A program made the translations under genes and the position numbers. A stretch of 64,000 nt of DNA from Eledone cirrhosa (taxonomy: Eukaryota), in NCBI GenBank assembly GCA_964016885.1, contig OZ024740.1:260524001-260588000 (forward strand). The letters are read 5' to 3'. Below, in pieces: positions 1-13,954 of the stretch (position 1 is the stretch's first letter; every line of letters starts with the position of its first letter). A model generated the notes under the pieces. It searched no databases. It was not told where the DNA came from and saw nothing but the letters and a program-made list of their open reading frames with translations.

Positions 1-1412
1 GTCTGGCATCTGTACGTAAAGTTCATAGGGCAGACCATCCAAACCAGGCGATTTGCCCCTTGTGCAGCCAGTCATTGCCTCCCTTACTTCAGCGGCTGTT
101 ATCGGCTTTTCGCAACACTTCGCCTCAGTGGCCGAGAGCCGCGGCAGTCCGTCGAGGTAGACACTAAAGTCCATCCTTCGACCCGGCCCACCGCTGCCCC
201 GAACAGCTGAGCGAAGTGTCGCTGAAAAGCTTCATGCATTTGCCCGGGATCGAGTAACATGCGCCTGTCGTGGTCCACCAAAGACCGGATCGTGGCTTTA
301 TTGCCACGACGCGCCTCCGCCACTCGGGCCCATTGAACGGTTTTCGTCCCCTCGTGTCTGAGAGCACGCATCCTAGCTCTGACAACGCAGCCTTCGTGCT
401 TTGCATTGAAGAATTGGTCAAGGGCCAATTTCGCCGCAAGCACGTCGGTCGCAATGCCTTTGCTAAGCGCCTCGTCTAATTTTCTAACTAATTCTCCCTC
501 TGCTCTATTTTTCTCTCTTGCTAAAGCCTTACTAAACCTAATCGATTCTATTCTAATCGCTCAGAGCAAACCACCACTTGTTGTTGACGATGGCCCCCGT
601 CAACGCCCGCTAAACTAGTTCGCTAATCCGGTCTCTGTAGGCCTTGCGCGCTGGTAAGGACGCGTTTAGCTTCCAGTAGCCGGGTCCTCGTCTCTGAAGC
701 ATATCTAAGTCAAGCACACAGATCACGAATTTGTGGTCCGTGTAGCTGACTATCTTGAATTGTGGACAGCCTATGCTAGACCTATCTATTTCCCTACAAA
801 ATACTCTATCTAGATATGATCTGGATGACCCTATGCGATTTGTCCAAGTCTACATTGGCGCATTCGGGAAATCCAATCGGTACCTGTCAGACAGTTCAAA
901 ACGCCTGAGCAGGTTGGTGAGGCTCTTGCACCCTCCACCCCTATCCGCTAATCCCACACAGTCCCAGCGTGCATCTAAGATTCGTTCCAGTCGCCCACTA
1001 ACACTAAAGAGCGGGACGTTCCAAGAAAGGTCTCCAGACGCCGGAAGAAATCAGGCCGCCCTGCTCCTGTCGAGGCATAGACGGCCACTAGCCTGAAAGC
1101 TTGCCCGTTTCCGCTGGTCACATCCAGCACCACCAACTTACCCTCTGGGTCCAGGAAGATGGCCCGTATGGCGAGATCCAAACCTCTCCGAAAAAGCATA
1201 GCAACTCCTCCCCCCGATCCAGGACGGCTGGGAGATGCGTACACATCGTAGCCGCCGAAAATCGGTGCGAATGCCCGTGCTTCGGAGATTCTGGTCTCGC
1301 TGATGGCCACTACATCTATGTTTAGTGACCTGAGGTCGTTGAGCAGGTGACCCTGCTTCTATGACGACCCCAAGCCACGCGCATTTATGCTGCCTATTCT
1401 GAGTGAGGTCAT
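1..1412 (-). pseudogene. Tx1-type ORF2, APE endonuclease and linker, with stops and frameshifts
   Basis: ORFs 975-1310 (AISETRI...GGGVAMLF...LVLVGDWN) and 99-443 (KHEGCVVRARMR); in-frame TAG near 1360. Confidence 0.85.
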
Positions 1413-3380
1413 GTTTAAAATAGAGTGGAAAAGATGGGAAAGACCACTTACCGTACTTTTCGTAGAGGAGGGATGGTTTTTCCATCCCTTTTCACTTGAT
1501 CGTCTGGTGAAGGGACCGTTGAATCGTCCCTTCGGCTGGTCATCGGCTCTTCTATGAGTATGTCCGAATATACTCTTCGGTCGATAGTTCCTCCTAGGTC
1601 TCTGAAATCACCAACTGCGTTGGGGAATTTCGTTTTAATGTTTGTGTATTGTTTCTGTGCTATTTTTAGGAGTCTTATGTTAGTTGGCGTTTGATTGGTG
1701 CTGGTATTATGTAGTCGTGTTGTGAAATATCTGTGTGTTCAATCATGTAAGTCATTAGTTTCTTGTTGTGTGTATTTATTGCCGTGCATTTGTTTTTCTG
1801 GGGGTGGGGTGTGGTTCTGCTATTTTCTTGTCGTTTTTGCTGGGTGTGTGTGTTTTGTTGTAGTGTTTGCGATGTTGGTGCTTGTGGTGGTGGTGTTAAG
1901 GTGTTGTTGTTGTTGGCGGTGGGGTTGTCGCCGGTGGTGATGGTGGTGCTAGTGTGGGTGGTGATGGTGTTGGTGGTGTTGCTGCTGTGAGTCTCTTTGC
2001 AGTAGACTTTACCCTTTTTTCATTTCTTTCCTCCCTTTTCAAAGGCGACGATGCGCTGCTTCTGCGTTTGTGCCTTCTTACGACCTTTTGCCATCCCTCT
2101 CCCACCTCACACTCCATGTCTGATTCTGTGAGGTCGGGGAGGGGTACCAGCTCCACTCTTTCACTTGTTGTTGTTGGTGATGTTTGCACTGGAGTCTCTG
2201 TTGCAGCTGCATTTGGTATTGCTGTTGTTGTTGTTGTTAATACTTCCACTGCTGCTGCTGTTTTTGATTTCCGTGGCGTGGGTATGGGTGCCACGGACCT
2301 ATCGTTCCTGGTTGCCGCTTGTCCTGTTGCTGGTAGCCGTGGAGCCGGTTTAGGAAGGAGGGGGGGTTTTCTCCTTTCTCAGGGTCTCCTCGTTGCAGAA
2401 GGCCCTGAGGTGAGTCTTCGATCCACACGAAAGCATTTCGGGCGTTTTCCCTCAACACTTATGGGCAGTTGAGTGCCGTTATCGAAGTCTATCACATCCT
2501 GGATAGCTTCGATGCACTCCTGGTTGGTTTGGATTAACATCTCAATGGAGGTGTCGACCCAATCTTCTCTTACTTTTTTCTGTACAGTTGTTTTGTCCTC
2601 GATTCCGACGAGGACAGACGCGGCCATCCCGGGGGGGGGGGCGTGGGTCAGTTTGACCCTCACAATTTTTTGCCCGCAGTAGGAGGGCACCAACACCATT
2701 TCCTCGCTCCTTAGGGTCACTACGGATTGAGCCTTTGCCTCCTGGGGTGTGGCAAAAAGTACGTCTACGGTGGCATATTTCTTGCCTCGGGTCATGTGTG
2801 TTTTCCGCTGCCACACAGACCCCAATGCTTTTTGTATTTGAGCCTCTGTGGCTCTTTCCACCCTACGGGATTTTGTACTTACTGTACGGTACGTGACCGT
2901 ACAGTGCTGTTGGGTTTCGAAAAATTTTTCCGCTGCCTTGCAGATTGCTCGGTGTCCAGTTTTTGTCACAATCTTTTTCGCTTCCTCTAATTCCTCATTT
3001 GTTATGAGGATTGTTTCGAAATTGGTTTTTCTTTGCTGCTGTTGTTGTTGTTGTTGTCGTCAGAGCTGCTGTTACTTTTGTTTTTGCTGCAGGTACTACG
3101 ACTACTGCCGCCGCCGCTGTTGCTGTGGTTGCTGTTGTTGTTGCTGCTGCTAATGCTGTTGTTGTTTATGCTGCTGCTGATGCTGTTGCGGCTGCTACTG
3201 TTGTTTTCATTGTCACTGTTGCTGTTGTTATTACGGCTGCTACTGCTATTATTCCTGACGTCAGACGAATGAAATGGGTTTTCGTATTTCCCGCACACCT
3301 GTTTCGTCGTCGTTGTCGTCGTGGAGAAATCTTGCACGCTTTGCACGAGACTTTTCTTTTCTGTCGTCGCTTGCGAAAGA

Positions 3381-3452
3381 GAAGGGAGGGAGAGAGACAC
3401 ATTTAAAGAAGGGAGGGAGAGAGACACATTTAAAGAAGGGAGGGAGAGAGAC
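3381..3452. repeat. 27-bp tandem repeat (about 2.7 copies) within Tx1 ORF1, encoding SLSLPSLNV
   Basis: gaagggagggagagagacacatttaaa repeated. Confidence 0.9.
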
Positions 3453-3754
3453 AATCTTCTCTCTGCTGTAGTGACGATTGAGGAAGAAGAAGACGGAATG
3501 AGTGGGAGTGACCTATGAAAATTCTTTTTCGTAGCCATGTTGTTTTTTTTGTTTAAAATAAATATTGGGCACAAAACCCCAATAAGTAGTTATTTAACCC
3601 CGAAGGGCCAAATAACGGGCAGAAAGACCCCTCTCACGAGGAGGGGGGTGTTTTTGTCTACAAGTTGGTAAAAGTTTTAAACAATTTACAATTGTTATAG
3701 CGTTCAGAATTTACAATACCTTACAGAGCCGAGCCTCCGTCAACCATAGCATTC

Positions 3755-3821
<67 letters not shown>
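3755..3821. repeat. (AAT)n microsatellite between a Tx1 5' end and an R4/Dong 5' end
   Basis: Pure aat run. Confidence 0.98.
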
Positions 3822-3823
<2 letters not shown>

Positions 3824-6800
3824 CAACAAAAAGAAAACCCCGTGACCCAGAAATACCGGGATGGCGGCCGGCGGGGAATAGCCGTGTCTCTAGGGGAGAA
3901 CGACCCCTCTAGTCTTGGTTGACACTCGTTCTAGAAGTGGTAACACGAAATGATTACCCCTTGGCGGATAAGGATAAAACGCGACAAAATAAAGTAAATG
4001 TCTAATGATAAAATCTCATACCGGATCGGCCGTCACCCGGGTAAAAAAGGGCCGCGTCCCTCAGAGAGGAACCAGACTGGGGTCGAAAAATCAGCTAATG
4101 GTTCAAACCTTCCCATCACTTCGGAGCTGGAGACCTCCCATAACCGGAATACTCCTACTGTTGGCCCTCCATGCTCACCACCAAGAAATCCAAAGAAAAA
4201 GAGAGAAAAATGGTCAAGGGAAGATAATAAAGAAGTCCTTGAGGCTTTCTACACTGCCATGTACTACCCATCAAATACATCGAACACAGAACAGACATAT
4301 ATCAACTGGAAAAAGAAACATCCCGAAAACAGAGGCTATATTGACAGTAACAAACTAGCCAATATACGAAGAAATATTGTAAGAAAAAAGTTACTAACTG
4401 ATATAGAAATTGATCAGATCAAGCTATTAGCACAAAGTCAGCGAAGGGAAAATGAAACATGTGTCAGTGAAAACGAGGTAAACTGTAACACTTCGAACCC
4501 CAGGGTTGGGGCGGAATCACTGGCAACAGAACAAATTAAAGAAAGGATCGAAAAAGAGGAGGGAGTGCATGCTCAGGATGAAACTCCAAATGAAAATAAT
4601 GAGATCGTAAATGATAAAGAAATGAATGAGAATGAACTTGCCAACTTGAAGGATGAAATTATGATCGAATGGATGAAAATGAAAGAATCTGACATGGGGC
4701 AACGAGACACCCTCCCTAAGATCCAGAACTCCAAACAGAACCAAAAGATAATACACAAGACTAACATAATTCTCAAAAACATTATCATCACAAACAAACT
4801 AAACATTACTGATTTAAATCATCTCTATTATGCATCGGCTAAAGTCACCACTCACTTATGTGGAGTGAAGATGAAAAAACAAAGGAATTCCCACAAGAAA
4901 TCTACTTGGCAAGAGAACATCAATCGCCAAATAAACCTTCTCCGATCTGACATAGAAATTTTAACAAACTATAAAGTAGGTGAACATGTTAAACAAACTA
5001 AACTTAGAAAATTGAAAAAAAAGTACAGTATAAAATCAACATGTGACATAGACATGCTGATAGAAATAATCAAGCAAAAAGTGTCGGCCAAAGCTGCTCG
5101 TATAAGGCACTTTGAAAAACGATCTAGATTCTATAAGGACAATAATATGTTCAAAAACAACCAAAGAAACTTCTACAGAAAAATTGGTAAGTCAACAATA
5201 ACTGCTAAATCAATACCACCCAAGGAGGAAGTGCAAGAATTCTGGGAAAAGATCTGGGCCGAAGAAAAAGTTCATAACATACATGCCCCATGGATAGACA
5301 GACAAATGAAAGATACAGCTCACCTTGAGGAACAAACATGGGAAAATATAACAGTTGAACAGTTGCGCTTGGCTCTAAGAAAAACCAGCAAATGGAAATC
5401 CCCAGGAAAAGACAAAATACAAAACTTTTGGATAAATGCCTTCACAGAGTCTCATGAGCTGTTAGCCCAACTTTACAATGAAATAGTTAAGGAGCCAGAA
5501 AAGATACCATCATGGCTAGTTAACGGCATTACATTCCTGCTTCCGAAGAATGATGAGACAAACAATCCCAAAAATTACAGACCGATAACTTGCTTGACCA
5601 CAATGTATAAAATTTTAACATCAGTCCTAACTGAATACACATATGACCACCTGATAACAAATGACCTATTTCCCATTGAGCAGAAAGGCTGTAAGGATCA
5701 GCTAACAAAATGATACTGGAAGATTGTCATAATAGACACAAAAATCTATCGATTGCTTGGATAGATTATAAAAAAAGCATTCGATAGTTTGCCACACAGT
5801 TGGATTGAAAAATGTTTAGAGATTTTCAAAATATCCCCCGTTGTCAGGAGGTTTTTGTCATTCAGTATGAAGACATGGAAAACGACACTCCTTTTGAATA
5901 GTGAAACAAAATCACTGGAAGCTGGAGAAGTTAATATTAATTGTGGAATTTTTCAGGGTGACTCTTTATCACCGCTTTTATTCTGCATCGCACTTATACC
6001 ATTAAGTAAAATGCTCAATGAAACAAAACATGGATATAAAGTCTATGACAAAACCATTAATCACCTGTTCTACATGGATGACCTGAAACTATTTGCAAAA
6101 AATGATGAACAATTGCAAAGGCTATTATCCACTGTGAAGCAGTTCAGTGATGACATTAAAATGGAGTTTGGACTAGATAAATGCGCCAAAGCAACGTTCA
6201 CCAGAGGAAAGCTGCTGAAGAGTTCAGACATTAATCTTGATCGGGGGAACGTGATAAGAGAACTTGATCAAGAAAAAACTTACAAATATCTAGGTGTTTG
6301 TGAAGGAGACGGAATCAAGCACTCCACAATGAGGGAAAGGATAAGGAAGGAATGTTACCGCAGAGTAAGAGCAATCTTAAGAACGGAATTGAATGCAAGG
6401 AATAGGATCGATGCCATAAACACGCTTGCCATACCAGTAGTAACCTACAGTTACAATGTCATCAACTGGTCAAGCACAGAGATCCGTAGGCTCGATACAA
6501 AAATTCGAAAATTCTTAACCATGCGCAGAATGCATCACCCTAAGGCAGATATAGATAGAATATATCTCCCTAGGAAAGAAGGAGGACGTGGGTTAATCGA
6601 GTTAGACATTGCGTTGAAAACTGCAACAATTGGATTATCTACATATCTAAGGGAATCACATGATTGGATGATCAAACTCGTTTTGATACACGAAAGCATC
6701 AAAAGATCATATTCCATTACAAAAGATGCACAAAGATACAGTAATGGACTACAAAGTTCAGAAGTCCCATTTACTGCTGAAATGGAAAACACAGAAAAAG

Positions 6801-7765
6801 CAAAGCAAGTAAAAGTAATTGCAAAGAAAGAACTGCTACAGAAACTGGCTAAGAAATGGCAAGAAAAGCCTCTGTATGGAAAATACCCAGAGCGAGCTAA
6901 CAATCCTGATGTTGACAAAACTTTAACCCATCAGTGGTTGGCATCCTCTGGACTGAAATCGGAGACTGAAGGACTGATTATATCAGCACAAGATCAGTGT
7001 CTGCCAACAAAAAATTACCAAGCCAACATAATAAAAAATGGATGCAGCCCATTATGCCGTGTATGCAAAAAACAACCAGCGACCATTGACCATATAATTT
7101 CAATGTGCAGTCCTATAGCTCCAACCGAATACCTAAACAGGCATGACAGAGCTGCACAATACATACATTGGATAATGTGTAAGCATTTTGACCTGCCCCA
7201 TCAAAAGAATTGGTGGGAGCATCAACCACCTTCCATATTTGAAAAAGATCACATGTCAATCTTGTGGAACTTTAGCATCCAAACAGACCGAAAAATAGAT
7301 GCAAATAGACCTGATATAATATTGAAGGACTTTAAAAAGAGGGTATGCCTGCTAATTGATATGTCTGTTCCAATAGACAAGAATGTATCTATAAAAACAT
7401 TTGAAAAATTGAGCAAGTATAAGGACCTGGAGATAGAAATTGGAAAAATGTGGAAATTGAGAACTAAAACAATACCAGTGGTTGTAGGCGCTCTGGGAAT
7501 GATACCTAAGGGGGCTAATGATTACTTATCGCAAATCCCAGGAAACCCGCGTATAGGAGAAATACAAAAGATAGTACTAATGGGAACTGCCCATATACTA
7601 AGGCAGATTCTCTCAATATAAGTACATCACAAGTCTAAACACTAAAGATGCATGTGTGAGTATGTATGTTCTTCCTTGAACATGGCGGACCTTGTTGTCT
7701 CTTGAGGTCACTGGTTGTGACTTGGTGATAACTCGTATGAACATAAAGCAAGATAAATGCAACTG
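3822..7765 (+). mobile_element. R4/Dong-clade non-LTR retrotransposon with restriction-like endonuclease, near full length, inside (TAA)n
   Basis: Single long ORF with RT, CCHC knuckle and PD-(D/E)xK nuclease; flanked by (AAT)n at 3755-3821 and 7766-7792. Confidence 0.92.
3998..7621 (+). pseudogene. RT plus RLE polyprotein, broken by small indels at about 5690-5776
   Basis: KSPGKDKI, NYRPITCL, GIFQGDSLSPLLF, YMDDLK, YKYLG, CRVCKKQPATIDHIISMC, RHD, RPDIILKD...IDMS...KYKDL; ORFs 3998-5713 and 5789-7621. Confidence 0.92.
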
Positions 7766-8178
7766 TAATAATAATAATAATAATAATAATAAAAGGGAAG
7801 AAAACGCACATGGTGGATATATATCGTTATGGAATCGCTCCCGTAAGTTTTTGATTTTTACTTATTTAAAACAACTGCGATAGAATAATTCTTATTACAA
7901 ATGAAATATAAGATTACAGTTTTACGCTCAGCAAGCCACAGCGCATCACTTTACGGCATAGGGCCCCAATATTTAATATTTAATTTTGGATCAGAAATGT
8001 TATAGTCGAAAAAGAGAAAAATGGCAAAATGGCTAAGTGGACAGACAGGCAAATAGTTTCACCACCAACACCACTACCGCCACCATCACCACTACCACGC
8101 CAAAAACTCTAGTCAAGTTACCTCAACTTCTATTTTTACTTCAACTTCAACACCATCACTACAGTACTACGATCACAT

Positions 8179-8325
8179 CACCACCACCACTGACTCATTA
8201 TCGCTACCGCCGCTATTCTCTCCCACTACCTCCTGCTAAGTACTACTAGCACAGCACCACCACCACCACCACCACTGCCTCATTATCGCTACCGCCGCTA
8301 TTCTCTCCCACTACCTCCTGCTAAG
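8179..8325. repeat. Direct duplication of about 62 bp in CAC-rich sequence
   Basis: caccaccactg(a/c)ctcattatcgctaccgccgctattctctcccactacctcctgctaag occurs twice. Confidence 0.85.
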
Positions 8326-8625
8326 ACATGCATCGTAGTGTCCCCACTAAAAGAGGAAGGCATCAAAAGATATAAATAGACTGATTTGATGACCCGGTCA
8401 AAAAATCAAAAAACCAAAAATCAAAATCAAAAGAGCACAGCAACAACGAAAAACGTAAAGAAAAGAAAAGAAAAATGAAAAGAAAAACAAACAGACAGAC
8501 AGAGAAGGAAAAAAAAACTAAGTCAGACATTCAAACATTACATTACAATGAAACTTATGCTTAGTCTTTTTTTTTTGGGGGGGGGGGGGGTTACCTATTT
8601 GTTTGTTTGTTTATTTATGTTCGTC

Positions 8626-11174
8626 TACAGCGTGATAGTGCCACACTAAAATCACCGGGGCTGATGAAATCACCTGTGGTTATGTAACCATACATTCACC
8701 ATTCCTCGATAAGAGTGTTTAAATGTCGAACCTAAACAGTTCGAATAACGGTGAAGTGGAGACTGGAATGTCATGTGACAGACTCTCACCCAGCAGGTGA
8801 TCTCTGGCTCAGCAGCAGGGACCTGGCTGTCAACCAAATACTGCTGGTGTCGGAGGAAGAAGAAGAAGGAAAGGGACCAGAACCAACTGAACGAAAGAAT
8901 TGAATAGAACTGTTATGCAATGTTACCTGAAGAGTAACCCCAAGGAGAAAGGCTATAGGAAACGGATGCATAACATCTGGAACAAGATTTGTCTATTTAA
9001 ATTAGATGATCAAAAATTGGCCGGGCAGGCTCGGGTAATAAGAACTAATGGCTGGATAAGCGAGCTGGAACTGGAGGAACTGAGCAGGGAGATTAGGTTG
9101 GAAATGGAGAGTGGAGTATGCCAGGCAAACGAGCCAGTGGGAAATGAAGGTGAAGAGGTTGAGAGAACGGAGGAACCATCCGAAGCAGACAATGATCTGA
9201 ATGCTGAAATAAATAATACCTGGAACAAAGATACGGCCATTGAGGAGATGAATGCTGACGGGCTAGGACAAGATTTGGTTGATATCCTAAACTTAGTAGT
9301 AGATGAACTGAACAATGATAGTGGGAAACCTATGAACCTAAGATTTGTAGACAGGAAAACGTTAAAAGAAACAACAGCTAAGGTAAACAAAGTCATCCCA
9401 TACCTTGAGGCGAGGAGCCTTCACCAGTGCAACAATATCCTCAAAGCAACAGCAAATGCGGTGAGGAAATTACTTGACATAAAAGCGAGAGGAAACAACA
9501 AACAAGAAAAATCAGAACCTTGGTGGAAGAAACGACTGAATGATCAAATCAGGGAAATGAGAAACGACATTGGAAAGCTTGAGTCCCTACTGAATGGGAC
9601 ACTAAAAAACATAGACACTAAAAATAGACTGGAAATATAGTACAAAACTAGGAGGAAAAAGCTAAATATTATCATAGAGGAACTGAAGCAACGCATTGTA
9701 ACAAAGAGTTCAAAAATTAGGCGATACGAGAGCAGAGTCTGTCAGTATAGACACAACCGCATGTTTGACAACAACCAGAAGATGTTGTTTGGACAGCTTG
9801 AAGGGAAAGAAAGAAGGCAACGACTTGATCCCTGAGGCGGAACAAACTAAGACATTCTGGAGAGGAATATGGGAGCAGGATCAACAAACTGATTTGAGTA
9901 TCACAGAACAAAAAAATGAAGGAATTGATAAGATCTGAATACATTCGGAGAGTAAGGAGCGTATTAAAGTCACATCTGAACAGTAGCAATGCCATAAGTG
10001 CAGTAAATTCCCGAGCTGTGTCTATTATTAGGTACAGTGCGGGAATTCTGAGATGGAATGTTGCTGAACAAAAAGAAATGGATAGGTAGACTAGGAAGCT
10101 ATTGACTATCTACAACATGTTCCACAAGAGGAGTGATGTCGATAGACTCTACTTAAGGAGATCTGAAGGTGGAAGAGGTCTTATCAGCATAGATGACTGT
10201 ATTCAGATGGAGAAAAACAACGTACACAAATACGTGACTGATAGTAGGGAGCCAATGCTCAGAATTGTACTGAAGGAGAGGACAATAGACCAGGGGATGT
10301 CCAAGGAGGAAATAACAACAAGGAGAAATAGCAACCTTCATGAAAAATACCTTCATAGTACCTTCTTTGAGAAAACTGAATTCAGAGATCCACAGACATG
10401 GAACTGGTTGAAAAGAGGAGACCTTAAAAAGGCTACAGAGGGAATGCTAATGGCTGCGCAAGAGCAAGCCCTCAAAACGAAGTGGCTGAAATACCATATT
10501 TACAAGGAGGAGGCTAGCCCACTGTGTAGGATCTGTGGAGAGAGAGAGAGGAGACTGTGGCTCACATTGTATCCGAGTGTAAACACCTAGCCCACTCACT
10601 ATAAAGGCTGGAGACATGATGTGATGGGCAGGGTGATCCACTGGCACCTATGCAAAGTAAACAATTTACCACATTCTGAGAAGGTGTATGAGCATAAGCC
10701 AGAGTCGGTGATAGGAAACGATCAGGTGAAGGTGCTGTGGGATTTTAGGATACAGACGGACAAGAAACTGGAACACAATAGACCTGACCTGGTGGTTTTG
10801 GACAAGGAAAAAAGATCATGCCTGATTGTGGATGTGGCCTGCCCATTCGACACGAGAGTGCAAGAAAAGGAGAGGGAGAAAATTAACCGATACCAACACT
10901 TAAAGTGGGAGGCAAAAAGGATTTGGAACTGCCATGAAGTCAAAGTGGTCTCGATTGTCATAGGCGCACTAGGTACTATCTCAAAGACTTTCCAAGGATG
11001 GTTAAAGAAGAATAGTCCAGCCCCGCTTTTTGGAACACTTCAAAAGGCATGCTTGCTGGCAACAGCAGGAACCCTCCGATACATCCTGAATATCTGAGGC
11101 TGCAGGTAGTGGCTTGATATTCATTTCAACAAACTTTCCAGTTAAATAACATCAATAACTGAGACTCAAAGAAC
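8626..11174 (+). mobile_element. Second R4/Dong-type element, RT domain internally deleted near 9890
   Basis: N-terminal ORF 8900-9640 (GYRKRMHNIW, PWWKKRL) joins the post-RT region (DVDRLYL..GGRGL, AAQEQAL, CRICGE, RHD, RPDLVVLD..VDVACP); ends at (AAT)n 11175-11200; 5' limit approximate. Confidence 0.85.
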
Positions 11175-11200
11175 AATAATAATAATAATAATAATAATAA

Positions 11201-13112
11201 TTTCTTTATTGGCCACAAGGGCTGACATCAAGAAAAACATTACAGACGGCACAGGACGGTACGATGTGGGTTTTGTGCGTGTAAAGATTTTTATTATTTA
11301 TATAGAAAAGAAGAAAAAAAAGGCAGAAACATATATATATATATAAACAATAAAAATGAAAATTGAAGCAATGAAAAATTCCCCAATAGGGGGAAAACTC
11401 CGAGGGTTACTCGTGGCGAAGACCACACAAAAGACCACGGCCACCCTGACCACCAGGGCAAGTGCCCTCTCTCAATTTTTTTCTCCATTTCTCAAACTAC
11501 AGACGTATATTCAGAGCGGTCCCGTTCACTCGAACCATTCTCGCTACATTCACCCACCTTTCAACAAACTTGCTAGAAGGCAGCACTTGCCTCTCCACCC
11601 TGATTTTCCTATTCAAGTGAAACTTCAAAAAGTTAATTAGGGATTCGCGGAAGAGGAAAGTATCTGTCTTTAACCCTTTCAAACTTGTCCACCACACAAT
11701 CTCTTTCGCCATGGCCACCAGGCAGATGAAAACCGCCTGCCCTTCCTCCTCGAAGGAAGACGGCGAGACCATCTGCATAATGGACTCAGTCGATAACCGG
11801 ATCAGTCCTACACGCGACAGCAACTGTTTGACATAGCTCCACAAGTCAGCAATGCTTGGGCACTGAACGAGTGCGTGCACGACGGTTTCGTCGCCCTGCG
11901 CGCATCTCGGACAGGCTCGGCTGACGGCACTTCCGTGCCTGTAGAGCTTATCTCGAACCGGCAAATATCCCCGGTAGCACTGCCAGGCCAGGGATTTTTG
12001 GAAGTTATCCATTGGCCCTGGGCTGAAAGTTCTCCGGAAGAGAGCAAACAGCTGATCTTCTTCGACGCCCAGGATCTCTCCGAGAACGTCGTCGCTCTTC
12101 CCCTCCACTAGTCCTCTATAGAACGCCGAGGTGGATGTTCCACCGATACTGGTACCCAGCTGGCAGAGGGCAGTGAGCGCCTGGAGACATTCCAGTTTCC
12201 AAGCGCTATACATCGGTCTTTTCCCGACCCAGGACTGCAGCTCCGTCAAGGAGACGAGCTGTGGGAAAACGTGCCTGGCGAACGGTGACCACACCTGTTC
12301 ACCGTCAAGGAAGCACCAGAGATGTCGCAGCCTCAGCGCATGTTTGCGCATCATCAGCCATGGCATGCCCAGTCCTCCACGCAACGGGTGTTGACAGCAG
12401 ATGGCTCGTCTGACCAGGGGAGCGCGTCCCTTCCACAAAAATCGGAAGAGGAGGCGCTCCATTTTGGTGAGAGTTGGACCGATGCAAGGTGAGGCGGTAG
12501 CAGATGACGGATGCGATGTACGCATTCGCCACCTCCGCCTGGCATTTCAGTGACAGCTTCCTCTCGGCCCATTTCTGGGTGAGGGAGGCCACCTTGCTCG
12601 ACACCTCGTTCCAGTTTTTCTCCATCTGGAGGTCCGGTTCGAACCAGACCCCGAGCAATTTAACCGGTCCGTCCGTCCAACGCCCCACGACGCTGTCGGA
12701 CGGCATGGACTTGCCTCTCCAGGTGCCGAGCTTCAGGCCTACCGACTTTTCCTGGTTTATCTTTGCTCCTGTCACCGCTTCGTATTCCTTGAGAGCGGTG
12801 CCGAGCATCTGGACGTGTCTGGTGCTCGACACCACCACGGTGACGCAATCGGCGTAAGCCGACTCGGATTTCCCGCATCCTAGTTCGCGTGGGACGCCCC
12901 TCATCGCCCCCAGTTTGTGCAGTAACGGCTCGAGAGCCAATACGTAGAAGAGGGACGAGAAGGGACAACCCTGGCGGACCGAGCCCATGATGCTGAACGG
13001 CTGCGACAGGTGACCATTCACCCTCACAACTGAGCAGATGTCGCTGTACATCGCAGCGATCCAACCCCTGAAAATGGGCTCGAAACGGGCTTCCTCTAGG
13101 ACCGCCGCCAGG
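11201..13112 (-). mobile_element. Tx1-type element, 5'-truncated (RT 3' half, zinc finger, 3' UTR type A)
   Basis: GSVRQGCPFSSLFY, AYADC, GGLGMP, CPRCAQGDETVVHALVQC; 3' end ccaataaagaaa runs into (TTA)n. Confidence 0.9.
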
Positions 13113-13930
13113 GCTTTCTTTATTAACCACAAGGTTTTACACAAAGTAGACATTAAGGACAGTACAGGACAATACAGGACGGTACAAATGGGCATTTATG
13201 CATGTAACTCTCCCCCCCCCCCCCCCAAAAAAAAAAAAACAGAGGATGTAATAAAAAGAACAATGAAAAATTCCCCAATAGGGGGGAGACTTCTGAGGGC
13301 CATCTTCAGACGCGTCCACCATACTATCTCTTTCGCCATGGCCACCAGACAGATAAAAACTGCCTGCCCTTCCCGGCTAAAGGAAGAGGGCGGGGCAATC
13401 CTCACGATGGACTCAGCTGATGGCCGGATCCGTTCTACACGCGTCAGCAGGTGTTCGACATAAACCCACATGTCAGCAATGCTGACGAGTGCATGCAGGA
13501 CGGTTTCGTCGCCCAGCGTGCATCTCGGACATGCCCGGCTGACGGCACTTCCATGCCTGTAGAGTATATCCCGAACTGGCAAAGCTCCTCGGTAGCACTG
13601 CCAGGCTAGGAATTTCTGGAAATTGTCCATAGGCCCCGGCCCGAAAGTCCTTCCGAAGAGATTGGCTAGTTGATTTTCGTTGACGCCTAGAGTTTCCCCA
13701 AGCACGTCGTCGCTCTTCCCCTCCACTAATCCTCTATAGAACGCCAAGGTGGAGTTTCCACCGATCACATTGCCCGATTGGTCGAGGACCGTGAGCGCCT
13801 GAAGACATTCCAGTGTCCAATCGCTCCCTCTCTGTCTTCGCTTGACCCAGGACTGCAGCTCCGTCAAGGAGACGAGCTGGGGAAAGACGCGTCTAGCAAA
13901 CGGCGACCACACCTGATCACCGTCGAGGAA
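13113..13930 (-). mobile_element. Tx1-type 3' fragment, 3' UTR type B
   Basis: Homologous to 11690-12310 (CPRCTLGDETVLHAL); 5' side abuts (AAT)n at 13931. Confidence 0.88.
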
Positions 13931-13954
13931 AATAATAATAATAATAATAATGAT

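Larger units (their letters stand above)
1..3754 (-). mobile_element. Tx1/L1-clade non-LTR retrotransposon, 5' part (ORF1 plus APE endonuclease of ORF2), degraded; runs off the window start
   Basis: ORF2 starts at ATG 1412 (MTSLRIGSINARGLGSS*), then ISETR, VAVYA, LVGDWN and SYLDR...TDHK APE motifs. ORF1 pieces at 3002-3574, 2379-2969 and 1896-2294. The 5' end abuts (AAT)n at 3755. Confidence 0.88.

Noticed and set aside
1695-3406. Hydrophobic plus-strand ORFs resembling membrane proteins
   Set aside because: Antisense of low-complexity Thr/Asn/Gln-rich Tx1 ORF1
8626-8760. CTGATGA and an HDV-like look (ttcacc/ggtgaa, tcctcg) at the 5' end of the second R4 element
   Set aside because: No stem II plus GAAA for a hammerhead; P1, the P1.1 GG and the catalytic C do not fit HDV, and part of it overlaps the likely ORF start
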